Part shown: positions 16,858 to 27,800 of the stretch, in pieces
How positions within the stretch are numbered: the stretch's first letter is position 1
Layout of the letters: every line of letters starts with the position of its first letter
Source of the DNA: a virus
Lineage: Duplodnaviria; Caudoviricetes
Virus record (IMG/VR): IMGVR_UViG_3300027647_000001
Location: 7,056-71,055 of that record
DNA length: 64,000 bases
Strand: one strand, 5' to 3'
Made by a program: the position numbers and the translations under genes
The notes under the pieces: model-generated
Seen by the model: the letters and a program-made list of their open reading frames with translations, nothing else
What the model was told of the DNA's origin: nothing
Databases searched by the model: none

Positions 16858-17574
16858 CTAGATACGGCGCCGCTCGGGGGCGAGCCCGAGGACGGTGAAG
16901 GTGGACGGCTGCTGCTCTGCCGGCGGGTCGGGTGCGGGATCGGCCGGCTGGCACTCGTAGCGGGGTGCGGCGGGGTCGAAGTCGGCGACGCGGGTGCAGG
17001 TGTAGGTGACGCCCTTCGGGTCGGTGTACGTCCAGCCCTCCGGGGGCTGCCCGTCCCTGCCGTCCGTGCCGTTGCGGCCGTCCTGGCCATCTGTCCCGTC
17101 GGCGCCGTCTGTTCCGTCCTGGCCTGCTGGTCCGGTCGGCCCCACCGGGCCTTGCCGCCCCGGCTCACCCGGCAGACCAGGCTGCCCGGACGGACCAGTC
17201 GCCCCCGGCTCCGGAGTAATCGTGGGCGCCGGCTTTCCCGGATCGCCCTTCTCCCCCTTCTCGCCCTGCGGGCCGGGGATCGGCACCGGAACCTCGGCCC
17301 GGTCCGGCAGGTCATCGACCGCGTTCGACGGGTCCGGCGCCACAGGGGTTTTCCCGTCCGCCGTGATCTGCGCGCGCAGCTTGCGCACATCCGTCGCCAG
17401 CGTGGACACCGCATTGCCGCGCAAGTCGGCTTCCGCCGCCAGCTGCTGCGCTTCACGGTCGACGGTCTCCTGCCGCGCCCACAGGACGGCGGCGATACCG
17501 AACAGGGCAATGAGGGCAAAGAACGTGGCCGTGGGCCGCCACCGGCGGGCGAGGAACCGCTCGGTTCGGCTCAT
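16858..17574 (-). CDS. Membrane-anchored collagen-like protein of the lysis region
   Basis: TM TFFALIALFGIAAVLW, coiled coil, G-X-Y repeats. Confidence 0.75.
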   Translation of the reverse strand: MSRTERFLARRWRPTATFFALIALFGIAAVLWARQETVDREAQQLAAEADLRGNAVSTLATDVRKLRAQITADGKTPVAPDPSNAVDDLPDRAEVPVPIPGPQGEKGEKGDPGKPAPTITPEPGATGPSGQPGLPGEPGRQGPVGPTGPAGQDGTDGADGTDGQDGRNGTDGRDGQPPEGWTYTDPKGVTYTCTRVADFDPAAPRYECQPADPAPDPPAEQQPSTFTVLGLAPERRRI

Positions 17575-17891
17575 CCGGGTTCTCCTCCGAGTTGGACGAT
17601 GATGGCGCGCAGGCGGGCTACCTCCGCCTCCGCGGATGCTCGTCCCGCCGCTTCGACCGCGAGCGCGGCGTCTTTCGCTACGAGAGCCGCCGTCTTGTCG
17701 CGCAGCTCCTGCTTCTTCTCGACCAGGTCCGCCTTCTTCGACGCCAGCTCCTCCTGAAGCTGGTCGATCAGGCTGTTGTGGCCCGTCAGGGACAGCTCCC
17801 CGCGCTTTCCCACGTAAGCCACGACGGCCGTGGCCAACACGCCGGCGAACGCCACGAGGGCGCCCACCAGCGTGAGGGTGGTTGGGTTCAT
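17571..17891 (-). CDS. TM plus coiled-coil lysis-cassette protein
   Basis: MNPTTLTLVGALVAFAGVLATAVVAY followed by a coiled coil. Confidence 0.75.
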   Translation of the reverse strand: MNPTTLTLVGALVAFAGVLATAVVAYVGKRGELSLTGHNSLIDQLQEELASKKADLVEKKQELRDKTAALVAKDAALAVEAAGRASAEAEVARLRAIIVQLGGEPG

Positions 17892-17935
17892 TCACCGGGG
17901 TCCCGTCCATGTGCCTTGCTGGCGTAACTCGATGC

Positions 17936-18307
17936 TCAGGAGACGCTCAGGCGGGTCTCGGTGTGCTTGGCGGGGACCGGGGCGGTGACCTGGGTGCGGA
18001 CGAAGGCCTGTGCGACGACGGTGACGAACGCCATGGCGGCGGCCTGCTTGGCGGTGGACCAGTCGAGGCCCAGGTTCATGCCGAGTGCGACGCCCGCCTG
18101 GGCGAGTCCGGTGAGGGCGGCGACGACGCCGTCCTTGACCTTCCAGGCGACGAGGAAGCCGACGACCGCCGCGGCGGCGCCGTTGACGTAGCTCTGGGTG
18201 TCCTGCTCGACCTCCATGACGAAGGCGGAGAAGAACTGGACGCACACGGCGACGAGGCCGAGGATGACGGACGGCTCACGGCCGAAGATCAGAGCGGGGG
18301 TCTTCAC
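17936..18307 (-). CDS. Holin
   Basis: Several short TM helices (FGREPSVILGLVAVCVQ...FVRTQVTAP) directly after the endolysin. Confidence 0.75.
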   Translation of the reverse strand: MKTPALIFGREPSVILGLVAVCVQFFSAFVMEVEQDTQSYVNGAAAAVVGFLVAWKVKDGVVAALTGLAQAGVALGMNLGLDWSTAKQAAAMAFVTVVAQAFVRTQVTAPVPAKHTETRLSVS

Positions 18308-18329
18308 GGGAGGGTTCTCCTTCAGGGGG

Positions 18330-19571
18330 TCAGAGCTGCTTCGGGACCTTGAGCGCATCCCAGGTCTTAGGGCCGGGGATGCCGTCTGGATCGCCCGCGA
18401 GTTCGGGGCGTGAGCGCTGGAAGTCGGCGACGTTTCGCCGGTCGGCGTTGGTCCAGTGAGGACCGGGGCCGGACTGGTAGTGCTTGCCGAAGCCGAGGGC
18501 GACGAGGCGCCGACCGAGGGCGGTGATGATCGGGGAGCGGCGGCCGGGGCTGAAGAACGCTGCGCCGGGGAACGGCTCGTACCGGGGCTTGGGCGGGGTC
18601 TTGGCGGGGAGGGTGCCGAGGAGCCTTTTCAGGCTGGTCTCGCCCGGTACGCCGTCGGCGTCCTTGCCCGAGTAGCCGAGTGACCTTTGGTAGGCGGCGT
18701 AGTTGAGGGTGTCGGCGTCCGACCAGTTCGGGCCGGGGCCCACCTGGTAGTGCTTGCCGAAGCCGCGCCTCACCAGGGCTTGCCCGACCTTGGTGACGTG
18801 AGCGCCCTGGGCGCCGTGCCCGTAGGTGAGGCCGTTGACGGTGGTCTGGTAGCGGGCCGGGCCGCTCGAGCTGCCGGTGGCCGGCTTGGACTTCGACGGG
18901 GCAGGCTTGGCAGGTGTCGTGGGCTTCGACGGCGCCGGGGCGGGAGCATTGTCGTCGGCGAGAAGCTGCGCAACCCGGGCGCGGATCAGGTTCATCGTCA
19001 GCGCCGGCCCGCCGCGCTTACCGATCGGACCACGCGGGTCGATCTTCCCCGGCTGCCACTCGGAGTGCCCGATCACCGACCGCTCCGACCAGCCGTGCGC
19101 CCGGCAGATCGCCGCCGCCGACCGGGCGATCGCCTCTACCTGCGCTTCCGGCCAGGGATCCTTGTTGTCGCCGAGGTTGACGCACTCGAAGCCGTAGAAG
19201 TGCCGGTTCCCGTCGACGTTGGCCTCATCATCGACGGGCAGGGCGAGTTCCTTGACGACGGCCTCGAGGACGTCTTCGTCGCCGTTCCCGGCGTGGTTGG
19301 CGCGGCCGTTGCCGACGAGGTGCACGGTGCCGTCCTTGGCGATGACGCCGTGGCACAGCGGTCCGGGGAGGCCGGAGTAGCCGTTGTAGCAGAGGTCGAC
19401 TGACGAGGCGGTGCCGGTGGTGACGGTGTGGTGGATCATCACCCCGTGCATGGGGCCCCACGGGCCCTTGTGGTTGCGGTTGTGGGTGCGCCAGTTCCGC
19501 TCCTCGACGACGCGCAGTCCACCGTCGCGCAGTGTGTCAAGGAGCCTGTCCGCGCTGAGCGGTGTAGCCAT
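18330..19571 (-). CDS. Endolysin: N-acetylmuramoyl-L-alanine amidase with two peptidoglycan-binding domains
   Basis: GVMIHHT, ANHAGNG, GFECVN, IGHSEWQPGKIDP; two LVxxGFGKHYQxGPGPxW repeats. Confidence 0.9.
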   Translation of the reverse strand: MATPLSADRLLDTLRDGGLRVVEERNWRTHNRNHKGPWGPMHGVMIHHTVTTGTASSVDLCYNGYSGLPGPLCHGVIAKDGTVHLVGNGRANHAGNGDEDVLEAVVKELALPVDDEANVDGNRHFYGFECVNLGDNKDPWPEAQVEAIARSAAAICRAHGWSERSVIGHSEWQPGKIDPRGPIGKRGGPALTMNLIRARVAQLLADDNAPAPAPSKPTTPAKPAPSKSKPATGSSSGPARYQTTVNGLTYGHGAQGAHVTKVGQALVRRGFGKHYQVGPGPNWSDADTLNYAAYQRSLGYSGKDADGVPGETSLKRLLGTLPAKTPPKPRYEPFPGAAFFSPGRRSPIITALGRRLVALGFGKHYQSGPGPHWTNADRRNVADFQRSRPELAGDPDGIPGPKTWDALKVPKQL

Positions 19572-19703
19572 GAGTGGCTGCCTGTTCTTCCCCGCGCCCC
19601 AGATTGTGTGGGCAGTGCGCACACCATGCAGGTGTGGTCCCTCGGGGGTGGTGCAAGGGCGGAGGGTCGCCCAGCGATCTCAGCGTACGGGCGGCAGGCC
19701 TGG

Positions 19704-19958
19704 TTATTCCCCAGGATCCGGCACCGAGGGCTGCGGCGGCTCCAGGCGTGCGCGTGCCGCATGAGCCTGCCTGGCTTCCTCCATGCGCTTCAGCCGCTCC
19801 CTGAGCACGGCGAGACCGGGCATAGGGGCTGGCACTTCGGCCGGGTCGGCCCGAACGTTCAGCGGGCCGATGCTGGTCCTGCCCAGGTCTCGAGGCGCCT
19901 CTGGGGCTGCCTGCCCCCGGGAGGGCTCCTCGCCTGGCGCTGTGTCAGTGACCGTCAC
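19704..19958 (-). CDS. Small tail-region protein
   Basis: ORF track; position between the fibre gene and the endolysin. Confidence 0.55.
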   Translation of the reverse strand: MTVTDTAPGEEPSRGQAAPEAPRDLGRTSIGPLNVRADPAEVPAPMPGLAVLRERLKRMEEARQAHAARARLEPPQPSVPDPGE

Positions 19959-19972
19959 TGTGGCTGCTCCTC

Positions 19973-21934
19973 TCAGGTCACGGCCTGTGCCGTGGCGAAG
20001 TTGGTGGATGATCCGATGTCGGTCACGTCGAAAGCGATGTGGAGACCGTTTCCAGTGTTCAGGAACGCATTGCCTGCGGCGACACGGACGTACGTCATGA
20101 CGAGGTCGGTGGTGATGGTGGCGCCGGTGTCGTTACGGATGACCTGCTCGTTGATGAACTGGTAGTTCGCGCCGGCGACGGGTGTGGTGACCGTGAAACT
20201 GTCGAGCCAGATAGCTCCGGCGGTGTTCGTCTTCCGCACGCGGACGCGGACGCCGCTGTTGCCAGTGTCGTTCTGAGCCAGGCCACGGACTTTGATCCGG
20301 TAGGCGCGGCCGGTCTTAAGCGACACGGAGGTTTGCGTGAGCGCGATCTGCTCGGTGGAGCTGGCGGTCGTGGCGGTCGACCGGGCCTGGAAGGCCACGT
20401 ATCCGTGGCCCTGGTCTATGCCGGAGACGACAAGGCCAGTGTTGGTGATCAGGCTGCCGAGGGCGGTAATGTCCCCGGCCGACGTGGCATCGCCGTCCTT
20501 GTCGACGTGGAATCGTGCGGCCCCCTCCCGCTGGAGGAGTAGCAGGTTTCCTGTGTGGCCCGCGGTGTCTACGTTGACCCACAGTGCTGAGGTTGCCGAC
20601 GGGCGCGCATCTACGATCAGACGGCCGGCGTCCATGATGAAGACACCTTCGGTGACCTGCATGATTGTTTGCACGCTGGGGGTTTCGGTGTCCGAGAGCC
20701 CGTACTGGGCGATGTCGGGTCCGAGGTAGACCCATCCGCCTACGCCTGCGTCCTGGTCGGACTGTCGGGTGCGGTAGGAGATCATGGCCTGGGCGCCCAT
20801 GTCTGTCTCGCCGAGGAAGTTGACCCACCGCCAGTCGGTGATGGTCCCGTCGGACAGTTCACCGGAGGCCACGTACAGAGCTGCGCGGTCGGTCGTTCCG
20901 GCCACGTTGACGGATCCGACGATGTAGTCGGTTGAGTCCTTGAAGTAAACGACCGGAGCCAAAGGCCTGGTGGGGTCGATGATGATTTTCCAGTTGGACG
21001 GGGCGGTGGCTATGACGGTGCCGTCTGCGATGTCGACGAGTCCTCCGGCGCCGTCGTCGGAATGAAATTCGGCGCCGTTGATCGTCCCGCCGGTGATGGT
21101 CTTGCCGGTGATGGCGTCGGCGGCCAGGGCGGTGGTGGTGACGGATCCGGCGAGGATCTTCTCTGCCGTGATCGCGTTCGCGGCAATCTTGTCGGCGGTG
21201 ACGGCCAGCGCGTCGAGCTTGGCGGTGGTCACCGCCCCGGCGGCAATCTTGTCCGCGCTCACGGCGCCCGTGTCCAACTGCACCGTCTGCACCGCACCGG
21301 CCACGATCTTCGGCGTGGTGATGGCGTCGTCCTGTATGGAGGTGGAGTCCACTGCGGCGGCGGCCAGCTTCGCCGCGGTGACCGCGTCGTCAGCGAGCTT
21401 CACCGTGGTCACGATGCCGTCGATGATGTCGGTGGCGACGACCGGCGCGGGCCCGGTCGGCCCGACCTGGGCGGTGGGTGTGGACGCGGTTCCGGACGTG
21501 CTGCGGGCCATCAGGACCACGTACACGTCCACCTCGGTGGGGACGATGACGGTGGCGCCTTGCGGGGTTTCCACGGTGGCCATGAGCGTGTCCGGTGCCG
21601 GGGTGAAGCCGGTGTCGGTGGAGGCGTGGACTTCGACGCGCTGCCAGTCCAGCGGCAGCGTGGCGCCGTCCGCGAAGGTTCCGTCCCAGGTGACGGACAC
21701 GCCGCCGAGGACCGACGCCACGACCGGCGCTGACGGCACGGGGGGCGGGGGACCGTTGACGATGTTCACCGCGGTCGTCCCATCGGCCTGCTGGCCCACG
21801 ATGCCGCGCAGGCTCCCGCTGCTGTCGCGGACCTCGAGCGCCGTGTCGTCCAGCGAGGCGGACGACATGCGGGAGGCGCGCTCCACTTCAGCAAGCTTGG
21901 CCCTGATCTGGGCGAGCTCACGGCCGATGTCCAC
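19973..21934 (-). CDS. Minor tail / tail fibre protein
   Basis: FN3-like N-terminus; VTTAKLA / VTADKIA repeats; divergent C-terminus. Confidence 0.8.
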   Translation of the reverse strand: MDIGRELAQIRAKLAEVERASRMSSASLDDTALEVRDSSGSLRGIVGQQADGTTAVNIVNGPPPPVPSAPVVASVLGGVSVTWDGTFADGATLPLDWQRVEVHASTDTGFTPAPDTLMATVETPQGATVIVPTEVDVYVVLMARSTSGTASTPTAQVGPTGPAPVVATDIIDGIVTTVKLADDAVTAAKLAAAAVDSTSIQDDAITTPKIVAGAVQTVQLDTGAVSADKIAAGAVTTAKLDALAVTADKIAANAITAEKILAGSVTTTALAADAITGKTITGGTINGAEFHSDDGAGGLVDIADGTVIATAPSNWKIIIDPTRPLAPVVYFKDSTDYIVGSVNVAGTTDRAALYVASGELSDGTITDWRWVNFLGETDMGAQAMISYRTRQSDQDAGVGGWVYLGPDIAQYGLSDTETPSVQTIMQVTEGVFIMDAGRLIVDARPSATSALWVNVDTAGHTGNLLLLQREGAARFHVDKDGDATSAGDITALGSLITNTGLVVSGIDQGHGYVAFQARSTATTASSTEQIALTQTSVSLKTGRAYRIKVRGLAQNDTGNSGVRVRVRKTNTAGAIWLDSFTVTTPVAGANYQFINEQVIRNDTGATITTDLVMTYVRVAAGNAFLNTGNGLHIAFDVTDIGSSTNFATAQAVT

Positions 21935-21936
21935 GG

Positions 21937-23040
21937 TCACACCCCTGCGTACTGGTAGGCGTCTGCGGGCTTCAGGTCGATCACGGCGCGGGGGCCGCCT
22001 TGTGCGTGGGGCTGGATAGTCCAGCCGGTGATGCGCCGCCATCCGACGTAGTCGGTCCACGCGTTATGCACGCGGACCATGACGTCGTCGCCGACCTGCC
22101 ACGACCCGAATCGGGCTGTCGCGGTGTCGCGGACGGTGATCTGGTCGACGGTGCCGAGGTTCTGGCGCTCCTGCCGCTCGGCCGCGGCCCGGGCGGCGAG
22201 GACGTCGATGGCTTTCACGTCCGGGTGGTCGGCGACGTGCTCGAGGCGCAGGCGGCCGTTGCGGATGGTTGAGATCCCGCGGCGCTTCGCCGATCCGTCG
22301 CCGGAGCCCAGCGCGATGACGACCTGCGCGTACTCATCGCCCTTCAAAGGCACGGCGGGGTCTTCGACGATGTTGACGCCGGTGGAGAAGCTGATGTCGG
22401 TGCGGCGTGCGCCGAGGCGGGGCCAGCCGAGCCGGATCCTGCGGATGACGTCGGTCTTGTCGGCGTTCCAGGCGACGTCGCAGGTGTAGTCGGGGGTGGC
22501 GGCGCCGGAGACGAGGTCGTCGATGTGGGAGCCGAGGCTCTTTCCGTCCCACCAGCCGGACTTGTACGGCTCAGCGGTGGTTCCGACCTTGGCCGTGGAA
22601 GTGGTGGTGTCCACTGTGACGCCGAGGTCGCCGTCGGCGACGGACTGCGCGTACTCCCACACGTCCCGGATCACCTGGCAGGGGTCGGCGTTGGAGTAGG
22701 GGCCGCGGCCGCCGAAAGCTCCGTCCAGGTCGTGCCGGTGCTCCAGGTAGCTGGACCAGGAGGCGGCTTCGAAGGTGAAGCTGTCGCCCTGGGGTTCGGC
22801 GTGCCAGATCAGGCCGCCCCAGCGCAGCTGCCCGGCCGCCTCGGTGTAGATGAACGTCGTGCCCGGGTCCAGGAAGCTGGGGTTCTGGGCGACGAGGCGC
22901 GGCGACAGACGCCCACGGAGCGCTCCGGGGCCGTTCAGTTCGGGCCCGTACTCGAGGTCCTGCACGGGCAGGGCCAGGGTCTGCCACTCGCCGGTCAGGG
23001 CGTGCTGGGTGAGGACCCGGTCCACGGGTCCGATGCTCAC
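21937..23040 (-). CDS. Minor tail (baseplate hub / Tal-like) protein
   Basis: LQFWGGLIW-type motif (LRWGGLIW); position after the distal tail genes. Confidence 0.75.
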   Translation of the reverse strand: MSIGPVDRVLTQHALTGEWQTLALPVQDLEYGPELNGPGALRGRLSPRLVAQNPSFLDPGTTFIYTEAAGQLRWGGLIWHAEPQGDSFTFEAASWSSYLEHRHDLDGAFGGRGPYSNADPCQVIRDVWEYAQSVADGDLGVTVDTTTSTAKVGTTAEPYKSGWWDGKSLGSHIDDLVSGAATPDYTCDVAWNADKTDVIRRIRLGWPRLGARRTDISFSTGVNIVEDPAVPLKGDEYAQVVIALGSGDGSAKRRGISTIRNGRLRLEHVADHPDVKAIDVLAARAAAERQERQNLGTVDQITVRDTATARFGSWQVGDDVMVRVHNAWTDYVGWRRITGWTIQPHAQGGPRAVIDLKPADAYQYAGV

Positions 23041-23981
23041 CGCGGACCCTCTTCGAACTGGATGTCGTAGACGAACGTCGTGCCACTGTCGACGTAGATC
23101 CGGCCGGCTTGTCCGGCGTCGAGGCCGGCGGCGCGGACGCGCAGGAGCTGGACCGTTCCCCGGTAGGCGTCGGGGATGGTGAACGTGTCCGCAACGATGC
23201 CCGGGACCCTCCTGATTCCGGAGCCCTGGTTGTCGTCGAGGACGACGTCCTGCGTGGTCAGGGACGCCCCGTAGGTGGCGCCGATCTTCCCGTAGAAGAA
23301 GCCGAGGTTGTAGCGGATCGACGACACGTCGATCTTCACGATGGCCTTGGTCGCCCAGTCCGGGACGGTGATGTTCACGCCTGCGGCCGTGGAGAAGTAG
23401 GACCAGGAGGTGGAGCCACCGATCGCGGAACTGAGGGATGCCGGGGACTGAAGGAACACGGAGCGGCGGCGACGAGGGACGGCGACCTGACGCAGGTCGG
23501 TGATCATCGCGTCGGTGATCGTGGACGTGGCCGGAGGGATCTCGATCCGCGCGAGCGGGATACCGGTACGCCCGTCGGGGATCTCGGTGTCGGCCGCGCC
23601 GACGCTGGAGATGACCTGGAAATAGGTGATCTCATCCGCCGCCGGGTCGAGGGTGCCCTCGTACTCGGGGTCTTCGACACGAACGATCACCATGTCGTAG
23701 CGGGTCGCACCGCCGCCGTTCGCCGCGATCTCGACGGACGTGTCAGTACCCGTGTTGCACACCGCGTAGTGCCCCTGGAACGGCTGCACGCGGCCGCGAA
23801 CCACACCTGACCCGTCGGAGATCTGCACCCCGCCGCCTGGCGTGTCGAGCTCGGTGACCTTCAGGTCGTCGCCTTCGGTGATGCCCTCAGCGCCGGACAC
23901 CATGTCGCGGATCATCATGCGGAACTGCTCGGCGGGATGCGTGGCGCCGTTGGTGAGCAGCGGACGCGGAAACAGTGGCAT
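23037..23981 (-). CDS. Minor tail protein
   Basis: RYDMVIVRVEDPEY...IPLARIEIP...ITDAMITDLR. Confidence 0.75.
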   Translation of the reverse strand: MPLFPRPLLTNGATHPAEQFRMMIRDMVSGAEGITEGDDLKVTELDTPGGGVQISDGSGVVRGRVQPFQGHYAVCNTGTDTSVEIAANGGGATRYDMVIVRVEDPEYEGTLDPAADEITYFQVISSVGAADTEIPDGRTGIPLARIEIPPATSTITDAMITDLRQVAVPRRRRSVFLQSPASLSSAIGGSTSWSYFSTAAGVNITVPDWATKAIVKIDVSSIRYNLGFFYGKIGATYGASLTTQDVVLDDNQGSGIRRVPGIVADTFTIPDAYRGTVQLLRVRAAGLDAGQAGRIYVDSGTTFVYDIQFEEGPR

Positions 23982-23990
23982 GGCTGCTCC

Positions 23991-24893
23991 TCAGAGGGAT
24001 ATGTAGGCGTCGCGCCAGGTCAGGCGCAGGCGGGCGGTGTTCGTGGAGTCGAAGCCGGTCCACCGGATCTCCGACTGGCCGGGCGGCAGAGCGAACTGGT
24101 CGATCCGCGACCCGGGTGAGAGCAGGGAGGAGGCGTTACCGCCGTTGTCGCGGAGCACGGTTCGCTTCCCGGGCCGGGTGTCGATCTCCAGCCACTGCCC
24201 GGCGTCCAGGTGCAGCGTCGGCAGGGACAGGAACCGGCCGGTGGGGACGTGGGTGATGGTCACGGTGGCGACCGGGCCGGTGATACGGATGACCGGCCAA
24301 GCGTCCGCCGTGCCCTCGTTGGTGGCCCATCCGGGCCGGTCCGCGGCCACCGTGCCGTCCTGAACGAAGATCGGGGCGACGACCGGGGCGGCGAACCCGC
24401 CGCCCGTCAGCCAGCCGAGAGGGATCTCGGTGACCGTCTCCGTGTCGGCGTACCAGAGGGGGTCCTGGGCGATGAACTCGACGTCGATCGGCATGTAGCC
24501 GTGGATGACGCGGGCCATCTCCGGCTCGAGACGCCGCAGGCGGCCGGTGAGGCGCTTCACTGTGCCGCTGGGGCGCAGGATCCGCAGCGGCGTGCCCTCC
24601 CCGCCGACCAGCCGGACCGCGGGATCGGAGGCGGCCTGCTGGAGGGACGCGAGCATGGCCTCGCAGGCGGGGCCGTCGCCCGGGATTTTGATGGCGGCGT
24701 CGATCTGTACCTGCCGGGCAGCGAAGTAGTCCGGGCCCGCCCACGAGCCATCGGCACTCGGTTGTTCGGTGTCGTTGTCGCGTACCGGTGGCCGGCCCAG
24801 GCCGGTGATCTCGATGATGTCCACGGCGGTGCCCTTGCCGATGAGGACTCCCCCGAGGTCTATCTGCCCCTCCGTCAGCGTCAGGTCAGGCAC
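23991..24893 (-). CDS. Distal tail protein (Dit-like)
   Basis: Immediately after the tape measure gene; FIAQDPLWY, WPVIRITGP, LPPGQSEIR motifs. Confidence 0.8.
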   Translation of the reverse strand: MPDLTLTEGQIDLGGVLIGKGTAVDIIEITGLGRPPVRDNDTEQPSADGSWAGPDYFAARQVQIDAAIKIPGDGPACEAMLASLQQAASDPAVRLVGGEGTPLRILRPSGTVKRLTGRLRRLEPEMARVIHGYMPIDVEFIAQDPLWYADTETVTEIPLGWLTGGGFAAPVVAPIFVQDGTVAADRPGWATNEGTADAWPVIRITGPVATVTITHVPTGRFLSLPTLHLDAGQWLEIDTRPGKRTVLRDNGGNASSLLSPGSRIDQFALPPGQSEIRWTGFDSTNTARLRLTWRDAYISL

Positions 24894-27800
24894 GGGCGCT
24901 CACCCCTCCCCTACGTGCGCGGCGGTAGCTGCGGCTGACTTGCGCTCCGATGTCCGACGCGGATGCGCCTGTGCGCACGGCGGGGACGGTGATGTAGGTG
25001 TTGCCGTCCTTGATGACGACGACCTGCCTTGAGGCGGACACGTCCGTGAGGCCGATCCCGAACCTTCCGGCGACGTCGCGCAGGACGTTGGTGGCCTGGC
25101 GGCGCTTGTTCGCGCCGAGCGGGATGAATGCTTCTCCGCCGGTCTGCGGCTCCGCGAAGGTCACGGCCCCGGCGGTGGTGGAGTAGATCCCCGTGCGGAT
25201 GCCACCGTCGGCGTAGGACAGGCCCTTCTGCGCGCGGGCCAGGTCCGCCAGGAACTTCGTCGCACGCGAGCCGAGGCTCGTCGAGATCTGGCCGCGGGCC
25301 TTGGTGGCGATGGTGACGATGTCGTCCTCGCCCAGGCCGGTCGCGTCCGCGACATCGTGCAGCCCGGTCTTCGACGTCCGGACAGCCGCGATGATCGCAA
25401 CGAGCTGCTGCACCTGCTCGCTGGTCAGCGCAGTGTTCGCGCGGCGCGCCGCAGTGTTCGCGGCGGCGGCCCGCCGGTTGTCGCCCAGCGCGGCCGCCGC
25501 AAGCTCCATTGCGGCCTGGTCGCCCTGCGCCGCCAACTGCCCGGCCAGGTCCCCGTACCCGCGGCCCGCGAGGGTGGCGAGGTTCGCGGCGAACTTTGCG
25601 TCCGTCGCCGTGGCCTTCCCCATGGCACGGGTGTAGTCCGCCAGCGACGCCCGCGCCGTGACAGCCAAACCACGGAGCGCGGCCGCCATCTGGTTCAGGT
25701 ACTTCGTCGACCCGCGGGCCATCTTCCGCGTCAGAACCACACCGTCCTCACCCATGGAAGCGAGGGCCTCGGCAACGTCACCGCCGACCCGGTCAGCAAT
25801 CCGCTCCAAGTCCCGATTCCAGGCGCGGGTCGCCGCCGACGCGGAACGCAGCTTCCGCTCCACCGCCGCAGGGTCGAAGTACTCGACGTACTCCCGCCCG
25901 ACCCGCTTCCTCTTCTGCCCGGCCTGCCCCACCTCCGACGGCGAGTACAGCGACCCTGTGCCCGGGTCGTACCGCAGACCAGTGACGGATCCCTGCGCGT
26001 TCCACTGGATCGCCTCCGGGTCGCCGCCCAAACGCCGTACGGTCTCCTCGACGATCGCCCTCGAGCGGGGCCGCTTCGACGCTGCGAGGGGCACGTACGC
26101 TTCGCCGCCGGTCTCCGGCTCCGCCCACACCCGCCACGACCCGGCCGGGGCGATCTGCGCCACGTGGGACTCGGCGCCGTCCGCGAAGTGCCGCACCTTC
26201 GGGGCGCGGATGCCGCCGTTCGCGTAGTAGTCGGTGACCGACCCGTCAGCGTTCGCGAGCTGCGATCCGAACGCCCCCGGGCGGCGGGCCGTGTTCCCGG
26301 TGACCACATAGTTCGTGGTGATGGTGATGGTGCGGTCGGACAGTCGGTCCCGGGCGTTTTGAACGGCGCCGATGTTCGACACGGCAGACCCGGTGATCGC
26401 GGTGACCGTCACCCGGCCGTCCGGCAGACGTTCGGTCCGGAAGCCGACACTCTCGAGCAGGCGCATAGCCTCAGCGGTGAGCGCGTCGACAGTGACCGAC
26501 TTGTTGCCCGGCGTCTCCCTGATCTTCGCAATGACCTGGTCGAGACCCGCGAGCGCGTCCTCGCGCATCATGTCGATGCTGATCTCTTTACGCGACGGGA
26601 TGGTGAGGATGCTGTCCGCGAGGACGTTGGCCTCGGCCTGTGTGAGGCCCATCTGCTGGGCGTACTGGACCAGTTTGGCGCGGCCGCGCTCGTAGATGGC
26701 GTTGACCTCGCCCCACGGAGCACCACTGGCCCGGGCGGCGGCCGTGGCCTCGTCGGTCTTCGCCGCCAGGTCCTGAAGCGCTGTCGCGGCGGCCTGGGCC
26801 TTCGGCGAGTTGACGTCCAGGCGGCCGTTGACCATGTCGAGCGCGCCGGCGTTGTCCTTCGCCGCCTTTGCCGCTGCATCAATGCTGGCTTCGAAGCCGA
26901 TCATTCCGCCGAGCGCTTGGCGGTTGATGTCGTTGAGGGCCTGGATCGCGCCCCGCAGGCCGTCTGCGGACGCCTTCTGCGCGTCGAGCTTGCCCTTGAC
27001 GTCCAGCGCCTGCTGCCCGAACAGGCCCATTCCCTCGGCGGCAAGCTGCTGCTCGACCTTCGCCGCCGCCACGGCGGCGTTGTACTTCGGCAGGACGGCG
27101 TTGATCTCGTCGATGGAGTATCCGGCCTTCAGCGCCGCGTTGCGGATCAGCTCGAAGTCGGTCGCGGCCTTGTCGCCGTACCCGGCCGACACCAGGCCGG
27201 CCATGGCCGCGTCGAGGCCCTCGAAGTCTTCCTCGAGCGCGGTGAGGGACTTCTCCCCCTCGGTGAAGTCCGTCCACAGATCGTGCGCGCCTGCCCGGAG
27301 GTCGTCGAGGACGGTAATGCCCGAGTTCCCGAACGACTCGACGTACTCTTCCTGCTCCTTGGCTGCCTTCCCAAGCTCACCGAGCTTCTCCACGACACCG
27401 TTGATGTCGCCGAAGGTGTCCTTCAGCTCGCCCGTGAACTTGCCCGTCTGGGCCAGTTCCTTCAGGGAGGTGGTGAGCCGGTCGACGTCCGGCGGCGCGC
27501 CGCGGGCTTTCTCGGCGAGCATGCCGATGCCGATTGCGGCACCGGCGAGGACGCCGAGCCCGATGGCGGCTTTTGCGGTGCCGGACATGGATGCTGCGGT
27601 TGCGCGGAGGGTGGTGGCGACCCCGGCGGCGCGCATGACCGCGAAGTAGGCGGCGAGCCGTGCCGCGGCGGCCCCGCCGGTGGCTGCTCCGAGGGCGGCG
27701 GCGCTGAGGGTGACGAGCTTCATTACGGCGGCGACCTGAAGGAACGCGGCCAGCGCACCGGGCGGGATGGCGTTGAGCAGGTCGGCGAAGCCTTCGGCAA

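Noticed and set aside
16360-17290. Periodic GGN-CCN repeats
   Set aside because: Simply encode collagen G-X-Y repeats of two proteins.
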